Shown piece after piece: positions 37,823 to 46,011 of a stretch of DNA of 64,000 nt. A program made the translations under genes and the position numbers. The notes beneath the pieces were generated by a model. The model worked only from the letters and a program-made list of their open reading frames with translations. It searched no databases and was not told where the DNA came from. The stretch comes from a bacterium (GTDB taxonomy: Bacteria > Bacillota > Clostridia > Oscillospirales > Acutalibacteraceae), in contig SFWF01000001.1 in NCBI GenBank assembly GCA_004560045.1, positions 9,524-73,523 of the forward strand. Reading direction: 5' to 3'. The stretch's first letter is position 1. The number at the start of each line of letters is the position of its first letter.

Positions 37823-38557
37823 ATGATTAAAATTAAAGCAATTACCTCCGGAAAAGGCGGGGTCGGAAAATCGACCTGCTCTATCGAGCTTGCCTTTGCT
37901 CTTGAAAAGCTTGGGCAAAGGGTCTTACTTATAGACGCGGATCAGGGTATGCGATGCCTTGATATACTTCTCGGAGTAAGCGAGGGTCTCCTTTTCGACT
38001 TATCCGACGCAGTAAAGGGCAGAGACCTTTATTCCTGCCTCCTTCCTATAAAGAAGCACCCCGGAATTTTCCTTCTCCCTGCGCCTGCCGTTCAAAATCT
38101 TTTTTCGGCCGAGGAATTCGCTCTTTTTCTCGAAGGTATAGACGAGGAGCTTTTCGATACGGTTCTTATCGACCTTCCCGCAGGAATTGACCAAGAGCTT
38201 TTTAGAGCGCTTCCTCTTTATACCGAATTTATCTGCGTCTGTAATCCCAATGCCGTTTCGGTAAGGGATGCCGCCGCGGTGGGCAAGGCCGTTAAAGAAG
38301 CCAAAAAAACGGGCACACTTATAATAAACCGTTATCAGACTTATTTTATTAAAAACCCGATATTCAGCGACCTCGACACCATAATCGATCAGACGGGACT
38401 GACCCTTATCGGAATAGTTCCCGAAAGCGAAAAGCTTTCTCTTGCCTTTCTTTACGGCGACTTTTCCCTTAAAGGCCGCGAAGGCAAGGCGTTTACGCGA
38501 ATAGGCGGCCGAATTATCGGCAAAAATATACCGCTTCCAAAGCTTAAGAAAATTTAA
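37823..38557 (+). CDS. minD: MinD-family ParA-type ATPase
   Basis: Deviant Walker A SGKGGVGKST and DADQGMRCLDILLG. No minC or minE lies alongside. Confidence 0.7.
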   Translation: MIKIKAITSGKGGVGKSTCSIELAFALEKLGQRVLLIDADQGMRCLDILLGVSEGLLFDLSDAVKGRDLYSCLLPIKKHPGIFLLPAPAVQNLFSAEEFALFLEGIDEELFDTVLIDLPAGIDQELFRALPLYTEFICVCNPNAVSVRDAAAVGKAVKEAKKTGTLIINRYQTYFIKNPIFSDLDTIIDQTGLTLIGIVPESEKLSLAFLYGDFSLKGREGKAFTRIGGRIIGKNIPLPKLKKI

Positions 38558-38586
38558 CGCATAAAAAATGCGAAAGGAGTTAACCG

Positions 38587-38991
38587 ATGAACATTGCTAT
38601 TATTGCACACGACGCAAAAAAAGAACTTATGGTTCAGTTTTGTATCGCTTATTGCGGTATACTGAGTCGACATACCCTGCTTGCCACCGGCGCTACGGGA
38701 AAAATGGTATCTGAAGCTACGGGACTTAATATTATTACCCTGTTAGGCGGTTCCCACGGCGGTTCTCAGCAGATCGCCGCACGTATCGGCTGTGATGAGA
38801 TCGATATGCTGCTTTTATTCCGCGACCCCATAAGCGCAAAGCCCGACGAGCCCGATGACGCGGCTCTGCTCCGCCTTTGCGACGTACATCAGATTCCCGT
38901 TGCCACCAATATCGCAACCGCCGAGGTTCTTATCCGCGGACTCGAAAGAGGCGACCTTGACTGGCGCGAATATATGAGAAACGAAAAATAA
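38587..38991 (+). CDS. mgsA: Methylglyoxal synthase
   Basis: [13 protein letters not shown]...LLATGATG...[11 protein letters not shown]. Confidence 0.9.
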   Translation: MNIAIIAHDAKKELMVQFCIAYCGILSRHTLLATGATGKMVSEATGLNIITLLGGSHGGSQQIAARIGCDEIDMLLLFRDPISAKPDEPDDAALLRLCDVHQIPVATNIATAEVLIRGLERGDLDWREYMRNEK

Positions 38992-39009
38992 TTATCGGAG
39001 AATATACCA

Positions 39010-40305
39010 ATGGCAGAAATAAACAAGGCTCCTCGCGGTACCAACGACCTGCTCCCCGAGGACAGCTACAAATGGCAGTTTGTCGAAGACCGACTTTTAA
39101 GCACGGCAGGTCTTTACGGCTTTAAAGAAATAAGGACCCCCGTATTCGAGCATACAGAGGTCTTCGTTAAAAACGTCGGCGATACCACCGACGTCGTTCA
39201 GAAGGAAATGTACACCTTTACCGATAAAGGCGACCGCAGTATTACCCTGCGCCCCGAATTTACCGCAGGCGTTATAAGAAGCGTTATTGAGAACTCTCTT
39301 ACCGCGGCGGCTCTTCCCGTAAAGGTTTGCTACTGTGGCGGTTGCTACCGCTACGAAAAGCCTCAGGCAGGACGACTCCGTGAGTTTCATCAGTTTGGCG
39401 TTGAATGTATCGGCGCCGCCTCACCTGCCGCAGACGCAGAGGTTATTTCTCTCGGAGCTCAGCTTCTCCGTGACGTCGGAATCGAGAAGATCTCGCTTGA
39501 GATAAACTCTATCGGCTGTCCCACCTGCAGAGCCGAATATCATAAGGCTCTTAAGGAATATTTCGCCGGCAAAAAGGACGAGCTTTGCGGAACCTGCAAC
39601 GAGCGTCTTGACCGAAACCCCATGCGAATTCTCGACTGTAAATCTCCCGTTTGTTCAGAGATCGCAAAGGACGCTCCTGCGGTTATCGACTATTTATGTG
39701 ACGACTGTCAGGCGCATTTTGACGGAGTTAAGGCTCACCTCGACGGTATGGGAATAGACTATAAGGTCAATCCCCGAATCGTTCGCGGTCTCGACTATTA
39801 TACGAGAACGGTGTTCGAATTTATTTCGGGCGACATCGGTGCGCAGGCTACGGTTTGCGGCGGTGGACGTTACGACGGACTCCTTGAGCAGATGGGAAGT
39901 CAGCCTCATCCCGCCCTTGGCTTCGCTATGGGAATTGAGCGACTGCTTATGGTGCTCGAAAGTCAGGGTACCGAAATTCCGAAGCCGAAAAACTGCGACA
40001 TTTATATCGCGCCTATGGGCGAGGCCGCTACCCTTAAGGCTTCTACCCTTTGCGCCGCCCTTCGTGACGAGGGCTTCGAGGCCCTTACCGACATAGTGGG
40101 AAGAGGTCTTAAGGCTCAGATGCGCTACGCTAACAAGATCGGTGCCGAGTATACCTTAGTCCTCGGAGACAGCGAGCTTGAAAGCGGAAAGGCAAAGCTC
40201 AAGCGTATGGAGACGGGCGAAGAGACCGAGGTCGAGCTCGACAAGCTTGCCGACGCGATCTACGACGCTACCTTCGCGAAGTTTTCCGACGAGCTTAATA
40301 TATAA
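39010..40305 (+). CDS. hisS: Histidine--tRNA ligase
   Basis: Class II motifs (RLREFHQFGVE, GGGRYDGL) and an anticodon-binding C-domain. Confidence 0.95.
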   Translation: MAEINKAPRGTNDLLPEDSYKWQFVEDRLLSTAGLYGFKEIRTPVFEHTEVFVKNVGDTTDVVQKEMYTFTDKGDRSITLRPEFTAGVIRSVIENSLTAAALPVKVCYCGGCYRYEKPQAGRLREFHQFGVECIGAASPAADAEVISLGAQLLRDVGIEKISLEINSIGCPTCRAEYHKALKEYFAGKKDELCGTCNERLDRNPMRILDCKSPVCSEIAKDAPAVIDYLCDDCQAHFDGVKAHLDGMGIDYKVNPRIVRGLDYYTRTVFEFISGDIGAQATVCGGGRYDGLLEQMGSQPHPALGFAMGIERLLMVLESQGTEIPKPKNCDIYIAPMGEAATLKASTLCAALRDEGFEALTDIVGRGLKAQMRYANKIGAEYTLVLGDSELESGKAKLKRMETGEETEVELDKLADAIYDATFAKFSDELNI

Positions 40306-40316
40306 TATGTATAAGA

Positions 40317-40350
40317 AAAGCTACGAACTCTCGTTCGTAGCTTTATTCTT
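40317..40350. terminator. Terminator between convergent hisS and the HTH-kinase fusion gene
   Basis: AAAGCTACGAAC-TCTC-GTTCGTAGCTTT (12-bp arms) followed by ATTCTTT. Confidence 0.7.
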
Positions 40351-40369
40351 TAGTTTTCCCTTTGTCCCC

Positions 40370-41518
40370 TCAAACAAAGGTTTTCGTTTTGTAATCCAAT
40401 GCGAATTTTTCGAAAAATTCCTTGTCGGCGGTGATGCCGTTAAGCCGCAGACACTCTACGCAGGCGCCGTATATGGGCGGAAGCTCGGGCAGGCGGAAGG
40501 TTTCTCCCGTCCGCTCGGTCAGAAGCTCCAAAAAACGGGGCTCGTCGAAGAGGCTTCCCTTTGCGACTATCTCGGCATCGATACCGAAGCGCTGACGGGC
40601 GGTTTTAATTATAAGACCCAAGCGGTCGATATTGTCGCAGAGTATTTTTGATGCGACCTTGTCTCCAAGCCTTTCGGCCTCGAAAACGGTTTTAGAAAGG
40701 GAGGTAATATGCTTCTTTCCCTTGGCATAAAGGTCGGGAATGGCCGACCAGATATCGGTACCCAGCTCTCTCTCTAAAATTTCGGTAATAAGGGTCTTTT
40801 CGCCGAAGCCGTCAAGCTGACCAAGTACGGCACGAACCGCTTCACAGCCTATATCGTAGCGGCTTCCCGTTTTATCGAAAAGGTAGCCCCAACCGCCGAG
40901 ACGGTAGTCGATTCCTGCCTTTCGGACAAAGACGGTGGAGCCCGTTCCTGCCACGAGGGCGATTGAATTAAGGGGGTCATCGCCGCAGGCAAGCAGGTTT
41001 ACGCAGTCGTTTCCGTTATATATCGTTATTCCCTTTCCCGAATACCTTGACGAAAGGTTTTTATTTATCTTCTGTGCGTTGTCTCCCGAAAAGCCGCCGG
41101 TTATACCAAGGAAGGCCGACTCGACCTTACAGCCGCTGGCAACGAGGGTATCGATACCGACGCTAAGCGCTTCACAGCAGGCCTTTACACCTATGTCGTT
41201 GGGGTTGGCGGGCTCGAGTTTAAGCTTTCGGTTGATCTCTCCCTTATCGCTAAAGAGCACCATCTCGGTTTTACTTCCGCTTGAGTCGACGCCGATAAAG
41301 TAGGAACGGGCGGTCTGTTCAACCAGGGAATCGATGGAAACACCGAAAAATTCGGCTATTCGGCATATATTTTCTATGTCGGGGGGAGTCTTTCCCCTCT
41401 CCCAGGCAGAAACGGCCTGAAAGCTTACGAAAAGGCCTTCGGCAAGCTGTGACTGAGTAAGTCCCATAGCCTCGCGGTGACTTTTTATAACAGAGCCTAA
41501 CTTTTTCTTATTGTACAC
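40370..41518 (-). CDS. XRE-family HTH fused to a BadF/BadG/BcrA/BcrD (N-acetylglucosamine-kinase-type) ASKHA domain
   Basis: N-terminal LTQSQLAEGLFVSFQAVSAWERG (HTH_3), then GVDSSGSKTE, LVAGTGS and GGWGYLFDKTGS ASKHA motifs. Confidence 0.75.
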   Translation of the reverse strand: MYNKKKLGSVIKSHREAMGLTQSQLAEGLFVSFQAVSAWERGKTPPDIENICRIAEFFGVSIDSLVEQTARSYFIGVDSSGSKTEMVLFSDKGEINRKLKLEPANPNDIGVKACCEALSVGIDTLVASGCKVESAFLGITGGFSGDNAQKINKNLSSRYSGKGITIYNGNDCVNLLACGDDPLNSIALVAGTGSTVFVRKAGIDYRLGGWGYLFDKTGSRYDIGCEAVRAVLGQLDGFGEKTLITEILERELGTDIWSAIPDLYAKGKKHITSLSKTVFEAERLGDKVASKILCDNIDRLGLIIKTARQRFGIDAEIVAKGSLFDEPRFLELLTERTGETFRLPELPPIYGACVECLRLNGITADKEFFEKFALDYKTKTFV

Positions 41519-42803
41519 TCTTTTGTCTCCTTCTGAAAAAGATAAAGCAGATAGCGCTTACTCCCATAAGTATCGGATAATAGAGATAGGGCATTACGTT
41601 TATCGGGGAAATTCCCGCGAGGGTAGCGGCGGATAGCATCTGCGCACCGTAGGGAATAATTCCCTGCCCTACCGAGCTGAATATATCGAGAAGAGAGGCC
41701 GACCGTCTCGGGGAAATACCGTATTCCTCGCTTATATCCTTGGCGATCTGACCCGACATAACGATAGCGACCGTATTGTTTGCGGTACAGCAGTCCACAA
41801 GCAGAGCAAGACCCGAAATGCCGAGCTCGGCTCCTCTCTCGGTTTTAACAAGTCTTTTGATCTTACCGAGAATATATGTAATTCCGCCGTTTTCACGAAC
41901 GAGGGCAAGTATGCAGGCGACGATTACCGAAATTACGGTTATATCGTACATACCCGTTACTCCTCCGCCGATATCGCCGAAAACGCTAAGAGGCTTTATT
42001 GTACCGAGGGACAGTCCGACGATTACCGAGACCACCGTACCGCCGATAAGAACGATAAAGACGTTAAGGCCTATAAGAGCCCCTGCAAGCACCAGCACGT
42101 AGGGAATGACCTGAAACAGATTATAAGAAAGGTCTCCGTCGACCTTACATTCGCTACCCATTGTAAGCAGATAGAAAAGAACTATCGAAATTACGGCGGC
42201 AGGAAGTACAATAAGAAAATTTTCCTTGAATTTGTCCTTCATCTGACAGCCCTGAGTCTTTACGGCGGCAATAGTCGTATCGGATATCATTGAAAGGTTG
42301 TCGCCGAACATAGCGCCGCTAAGGACGGCACCCGTACAGACAGCTACGTTTATATCGGTTTTTCCGCTTATTCCGACGGCTATGGGAACAAGGGCGGCAA
42401 TGGTTCCCATAGAGGTTCCCATTGAAACCGAGATAAAGCAGGCGATTATAAAGAGGCCGGGGACGACGAACTGCGGCGGGATAACCGAAAGGCCGAGATT
42501 GACCGTGCTTTCTACTCCGCCTGCGGCCGAGACCGAGCCCGAAAATGCGCCTGCACAAAGGAATATAAGGCACATCGTAACGATATTACTGTCGCCGACA
42601 CCCTTTGCCATTATATTTATTTTTTCATCAAAGGAATTTTTTCGGTTCTGAAGCATTGCGACACTAAGTGCAATTAAAAAGGCTACTATTGCGGGCATTG
42701 CGTAAAAATCCCCCGAAATAATTCCGAAGCCTAAAAACAGCACCAGAAAAACCCCTATGGGCAAAAGGGCCGAAAGCCTGCCCTTTTCGGTGTTATTTTC
42801 CAT
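41508..42803 (-). CDS. nhaC: NhaC-family Na+/H+ antiporter
   Basis: Polytopic membrane protein of about 12 TM helices with an NhaC-like sequence. It overlaps both neighbours by 11 nt. Confidence 0.7.
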   Translation of the reverse strand: MENNTEKGRLSALLPIGVFLVLFLGFGIISGDFYAMPAIVAFLIALSVAMLQNRKNSFDEKINIMAKGVGDSNIVTMCLIFLCAGAFSGSVSAAGGVESTVNLGLSVIPPQFVVPGLFIIACFISVSMGTSMGTIAALVPIAVGISGKTDINVAVCTGAVLSGAMFGDNLSMISDTTIAAVKTQGCQMKDKFKENFLIVLPAAVISIVLFYLLTMGSECKVDGDLSYNLFQVIPYVLVLAGALIGLNVFIVLIGGTVVSVIVGLSLGTIKPLSVFGDIGGGVTGMYDITVISVIVACILALVRENGGITYILGKIKRLVKTERGAELGISGLALLVDCCTANNTVAIVMSGQIAKDISEEYGISPRRSASLLDIFSSVGQGIIPYGAQMLSAATLAGISPINVMPYLYYPILMGVSAICFIFFRRRQKSVQ

Positions 42804-43500
42804 TTCTTTCCCTCAGTTTTTTAAGTGTTTTTTCGTAGCCCTTTCTCTCGAAAGAGAAAACGTAGTCAACAAGCTCTGTGCCCGTAAGCTTTTCGGCAAA
42901 ATATTTAAGGAAGATCGGGTTTTTGACGAAAAGCGGTCCCGTAAGGTGGGTACCGAAGAGGTTTTTATAGCGTATTCCCTCGGTTTTTTGACCCTTACCG
43001 TTCGCAAGACCCATTTCTACGTTAAAGAGGGGCGAGGTAATGCCCTCGATCTCACTGCATTTATTTATAAATCCGACGAGGGTCATATCGGCCTCGGGGA
43101 AATTAACTATCGCGTCGTCGGTGGTGCGGGTCTTATTCTGTTCGGTGACGGTAAAGGGGAAAATACCGAGACCTTCAAACTCGCCTAAGAAGGAGGTTAT
43201 TTTTTCGCCCAGCATTTCGAAGGAGTTTCCCGTAAGCAGGAGGAATTTTCCGTCCTCGACGTACTGCGCCAGGATGTCGCGGTTTTCCTTAAGGTCGTCA
43301 AGGGCCAGCTTCATATTTTCCTCGCTTCCCGAGCCGATATAGATAAGGTCGTATTCGGAAAGCTCTACCTCGTCGCCGAGGCTTTTTTTATCGAGAGCAA
43401 ACTCGATACCGTTCAGCTCCAGCATACGGCAGAGGGCAGAAAGGTTCGCATAATCTCCGTAGAGGTTCATTAAATCGTGATAAAGATGTAATATTTTCAT
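42793..43500 (-). CDS. gatD: GatD-like (CobQ/CobB-type GATase) partner of MurT
   Basis: LYHDLMNLYGDYANL N-terminus and GTHLTGPLFVKNP His motif. Its start overlaps the murT stop (TAATG). The expected nucleophile Cys context reads LTGNSFEMLG. Confidence 0.7.
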   Translation of the reverse strand: MKILHLYHDLMNLYGDYANLSALCRMLELNGIEFALDKKSLGDEVELSEYDLIYIGSGSEENMKLALDDLKENRDILAQYVEDGKFLLLTGNSFEMLGEKITSFLGEFEGLGIFPFTVTEQNKTRTTDDAIVNFPEADMTLVGFINKCSEIEGITSPLFNVEMGLANGKGQKTEGIRYKNLFGTHLTGPLFVKNPIFLKYFAEKLTGTELVDYVFSFERKGYEKTLKKLRERNGK

Positions 43501-44825
43501 TATTCGACCTCCACAAGCTCTAAGAATTTTCCCTTATCGGAGAAGCAGGTTATAACGTAGATCTTATCGGTGCTGTCGTTATTGAGAAGTTCAACGCCTT
43601 CGGCAATGCTCTCGGTGACCTTGATCTTATAGTCGCCGATTCCCGTATAGCTGAATCTTGCGGCAAGGTCGTTTGCGTAGGCCCCCGCAAGGACAATATT
43701 TTTAACGTTATCGGCATCGAGAAGCTGAAAATTGATATCGTAGAGCCAGGAAACGTCGCTTGTAAAGTATTTTCGGCTTACGGCATCGACGATTATAAGG
43801 ACGTCAGAGCCCTCGGTATCCGAGGCGACAACCTTCAAGGAAAGGTCGTAGGAAATACTGTTTTCGTGCTTGGCAACGAGGAAGGTACCCCTGCGGCTTC
43901 CGAGCCTGAAGGTCAGAACACGGCCGTTTTTAAGGGTATAGTTGTTTATACATTCGGCGATCCTTTCGCCCTCAATTCCCATAACCGAGGCTACGGTATA
44001 GGCGGCGAGGAGGTTATAGATATTGTAAAGAGACTTAAGCGCAAGGTCGATTCTGTGCTTGCCGTCGATAACGATAAAGCCTTCGTTTAAATCGGCCTTT
44101 GTAACGGTAAAGTCGGTATTTCTGCGCTTGTATCCGCAGACGGCACAGTCGAAATGACCGATATGGTTATAGTGATAGGTACTGTATTCCATAGGTCCGT
44201 GACAGACGGGACAGTAGACTCCGTCGTTATAGACGCCGTTAAATTCAGACGAGTCGGTAGAAAGCTTGTCGGCACCGAACCATAAAGTTCCTTCTCGGTC
44301 TTTCCCGAAAAGGGAAACGAGGGGATCGTCGGCGTTAAGGATAAGCTGAGTAGAGTCGTGGATAGACTCCTTTATCGCATTATAGACCCACATAGGATGA
44401 CCGTTTCGGGTAAGCTGATCGCGGTAGAGGTTGGTCAAAACAAGGTGGGTAGGGGCGAAATGCTTAAAGGTATATTTAGCGTAACGCTCGTCACTCTCGA
44501 TAAGAAGGACGTCGCCGTCGAGTTTTCCGCCAAGGGTCGCGTTCGACAGTATAAAGGTCGTAACACCCTCGATCTGATTCGAGCCCTCGGCGTTGTAGAT
44601 GACCTTTAGTCCGTTTGTTCTCAGTATATGGGCGATCATTTCGACGGTTGAGGTCTTTCCGTTACTTCCCGTAACGGCCACGATCTTTTCGGGAAGTTTT
44701 ATTTTGGAAAGAACGTTGGGGCAGACCTTAAGGGCGAATTTACCCGGAAGACTGCTTCCCTTTCCGATAAATTTTCCGATCACGCGGAGGATCTTACAGA
44801 TTATTATGGCAAGAAATTTTCGCAT
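43500..44825 (-). CDS. murT: MurT-like Mur-ligase-family protein (lipid II isoglutaminyl synthase subunit)
   Basis: Track ORF trimmed to ATG 44825 (AAGGAGAA RBS). It has TGSNGKTST, the Cys4 ribbon CPVC...CAVC, and C-terminal DUF1727 (DVSWLYDINF). Confidence 0.8.
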   Translation of the reverse strand: MRKFLAIIICKILRVIGKFIGKGSSLPGKFALKVCPNVLSKIKLPEKIVAVTGSNGKTSTVEMIAHILRTNGLKVIYNAEGSNQIEGVTTFILSNATLGGKLDGDVLLIESDERYAKYTFKHFAPTHLVLTNLYRDQLTRNGHPMWVYNAIKESIHDSTQLILNADDPLVSLFGKDREGTLWFGADKLSTDSSEFNGVYNDGVYCPVCHGPMEYSTYHYNHIGHFDCAVCGYKRRNTDFTVTKADLNEGFIVIDGKHRIDLALKSLYNIYNLLAAYTVASVMGIEGERIAECINNYTLKNGRVLTFRLGSRRGTFLVAKHENSISYDLSLKVVASDTEGSDVLIIVDAVSRKYFTSDVSWLYDINFQLLDADNVKNIVLAGAYANDLAARFSYTGIGDYKIKVTESIAEGVELLNNDSTDKIYVITCFSDKGKFLELVEVE

Positions 44826-44829
44826 AGTG

Positions 44830-45999
44830 TTAGTTCTCCTTACTTTCCTGCGTTTTGACACCGGTCTGATATTCTTTTATTACGTTTTGAATTCTGCGAA
44901 CCTTATAGCCTTTTCTTGTTAAGAAAGAGAGGTCGCGGGCCTGAGTTTCGGGGTTGCAGGAAATATAAACTATCCTTTCGGGAGAAAGGGTAACGAGGGC
45001 GCGGAGGAATTCGAGGCTTGCTCCTGCGCGGGCGGGGTCCATTATAACTACGTCGGCTTTTTCTCCCGAATCGGCAAGCTCTACCATAAATTTTCCCGCA
45101 TCAGCGTTATAAAATTCTATATTTTCGGCGCCGCTTAGCTTAGCGTTTACCTTTGCGTCGGCAATAGCGTCGGGATTTATTTCGACACCGATCACCCGCT
45201 TCGCGTTTTTAGCGGCGATAAGTCCTATAGTTCCTATTCCGCAGTAGGCGTCGATAACCGTTTTTTCGGGGGTTATTTCGGCAAATTCGATAGCCTTTCC
45301 GTAGAGGACCTCGGTCTGAACGGGGTTGATCTGATAAAAGGCTTTGGGAGAAATTCGGAAGGTACAGCCGCAAAGCTGTTCTAAAATATAGCCCTCGCCG
45401 TAAAGTGCCTTGCTTTTCTCGCCAAGCACAAGGCTCGTGCGCTTGTTGTTTATATTCTGAACGATGGTCGTAATATCGGGGTGACGCTCTAAAAGGGCGT
45501 TTATGAATTTAGAGCACGAGGGAAATTCTTCGGTCGCGGTAACGAGGGTAACCATTATCTGACCGCTTACGAAGCCTCTTTTTATCTGAACGTGACGGAG
45601 AAATCCCGTCATAGCATTATCGTCGAAGGGCTTCAGCTTAAAGCTTGCGGCAAGGCGTCGGATGGTTACAATAATTTCGTCGGCCTTTAGGTCCTCAAGC
45701 ATACAGCTGTCTATGGGGACGATATTATGGGTCGAGGACTGATAAACACCCGATATTATCTGCCCTCCCCTTTTACCGAAGGCGGCCTGAACCTTATTGC
45801 GGTAGTTAAAGGGAGCTTTCATCCCTATAATTTCGGCAACGTGGTGATATTTACCGAGAAGCTTTATGACCTTGACCTGCTTAAAGCTGAGCTGACGGTC
45901 GTATGGCAGGTTTTGTATCTGACAGGCACCGCACTTTTTTCGGTGGGGGCATCTTTCAAAATCGGTTATCGGGGTATCGTTTTGTTTCAAGGGGTACAC
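44830..45999 (-). CDS. RumA/TrmA-family RNA (uracil-C5)-methyltransferase lacking a TRAM domain
   Basis: [4Fe-4S] Cys motif CPHRKKCGACQ, SAM motif DAYCGIGTIG and nucleophile motif ISCNP. The C-terminus is atypical. Confidence 0.8.
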   Translation of the reverse strand: MYPLKQNDTPITDFERCPHRKKCGACQIQNLPYDRQLSFKQVKVIKLLGKYHHVAEIIGMKAPFNYRNKVQAAFGKRGGQIISGVYQSSTHNIVPIDSCMLEDLKADEIIVTIRRLAASFKLKPFDDNAMTGFLRHVQIKRGFVSGQIMVTLVTATEEFPSCSKFINALLERHPDITTIVQNINNKRTSLVLGEKSKALYGEGYILEQLCGCTFRISPKAFYQINPVQTEVLYGKAIEFAEITPEKTVIDAYCGIGTIGLIAAKNAKRVIGVEINPDAIADAKVNAKLSGAENIEFYNADAGKFMVELADSGEKADVVIMDPARAGASLEFLRALVTLSPERIVYISCNPETQARDLSFLTRKGYKVRRIQNVIKEYQTGVKTQESKEN

Positions 46000-46011
46000 C
46001 TCTCGGGTCTT

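Noticed and set aside
38992-39009. T-box leader upstream of hisS
   Set aside because: Only 18 nt separate mgsA from hisS, so there is no room for a T-box of about 200 nt. hisS is probably co-transcribed with mgsA.
44830-44930. Frameshift or pseudogene explanation for the odd C-terminus of the TRAM-less methyltransferase
   Set aside because: I translated the other two frames over the last 100 nt. Both hit stops quickly and neither encodes the expected DMFP.T.HVE sequence. The in-frame QTGVKTQ looks like a diverged remnant of the motif. I therefore report it as a divergent, shortened C-terminus rather than a frameshift.
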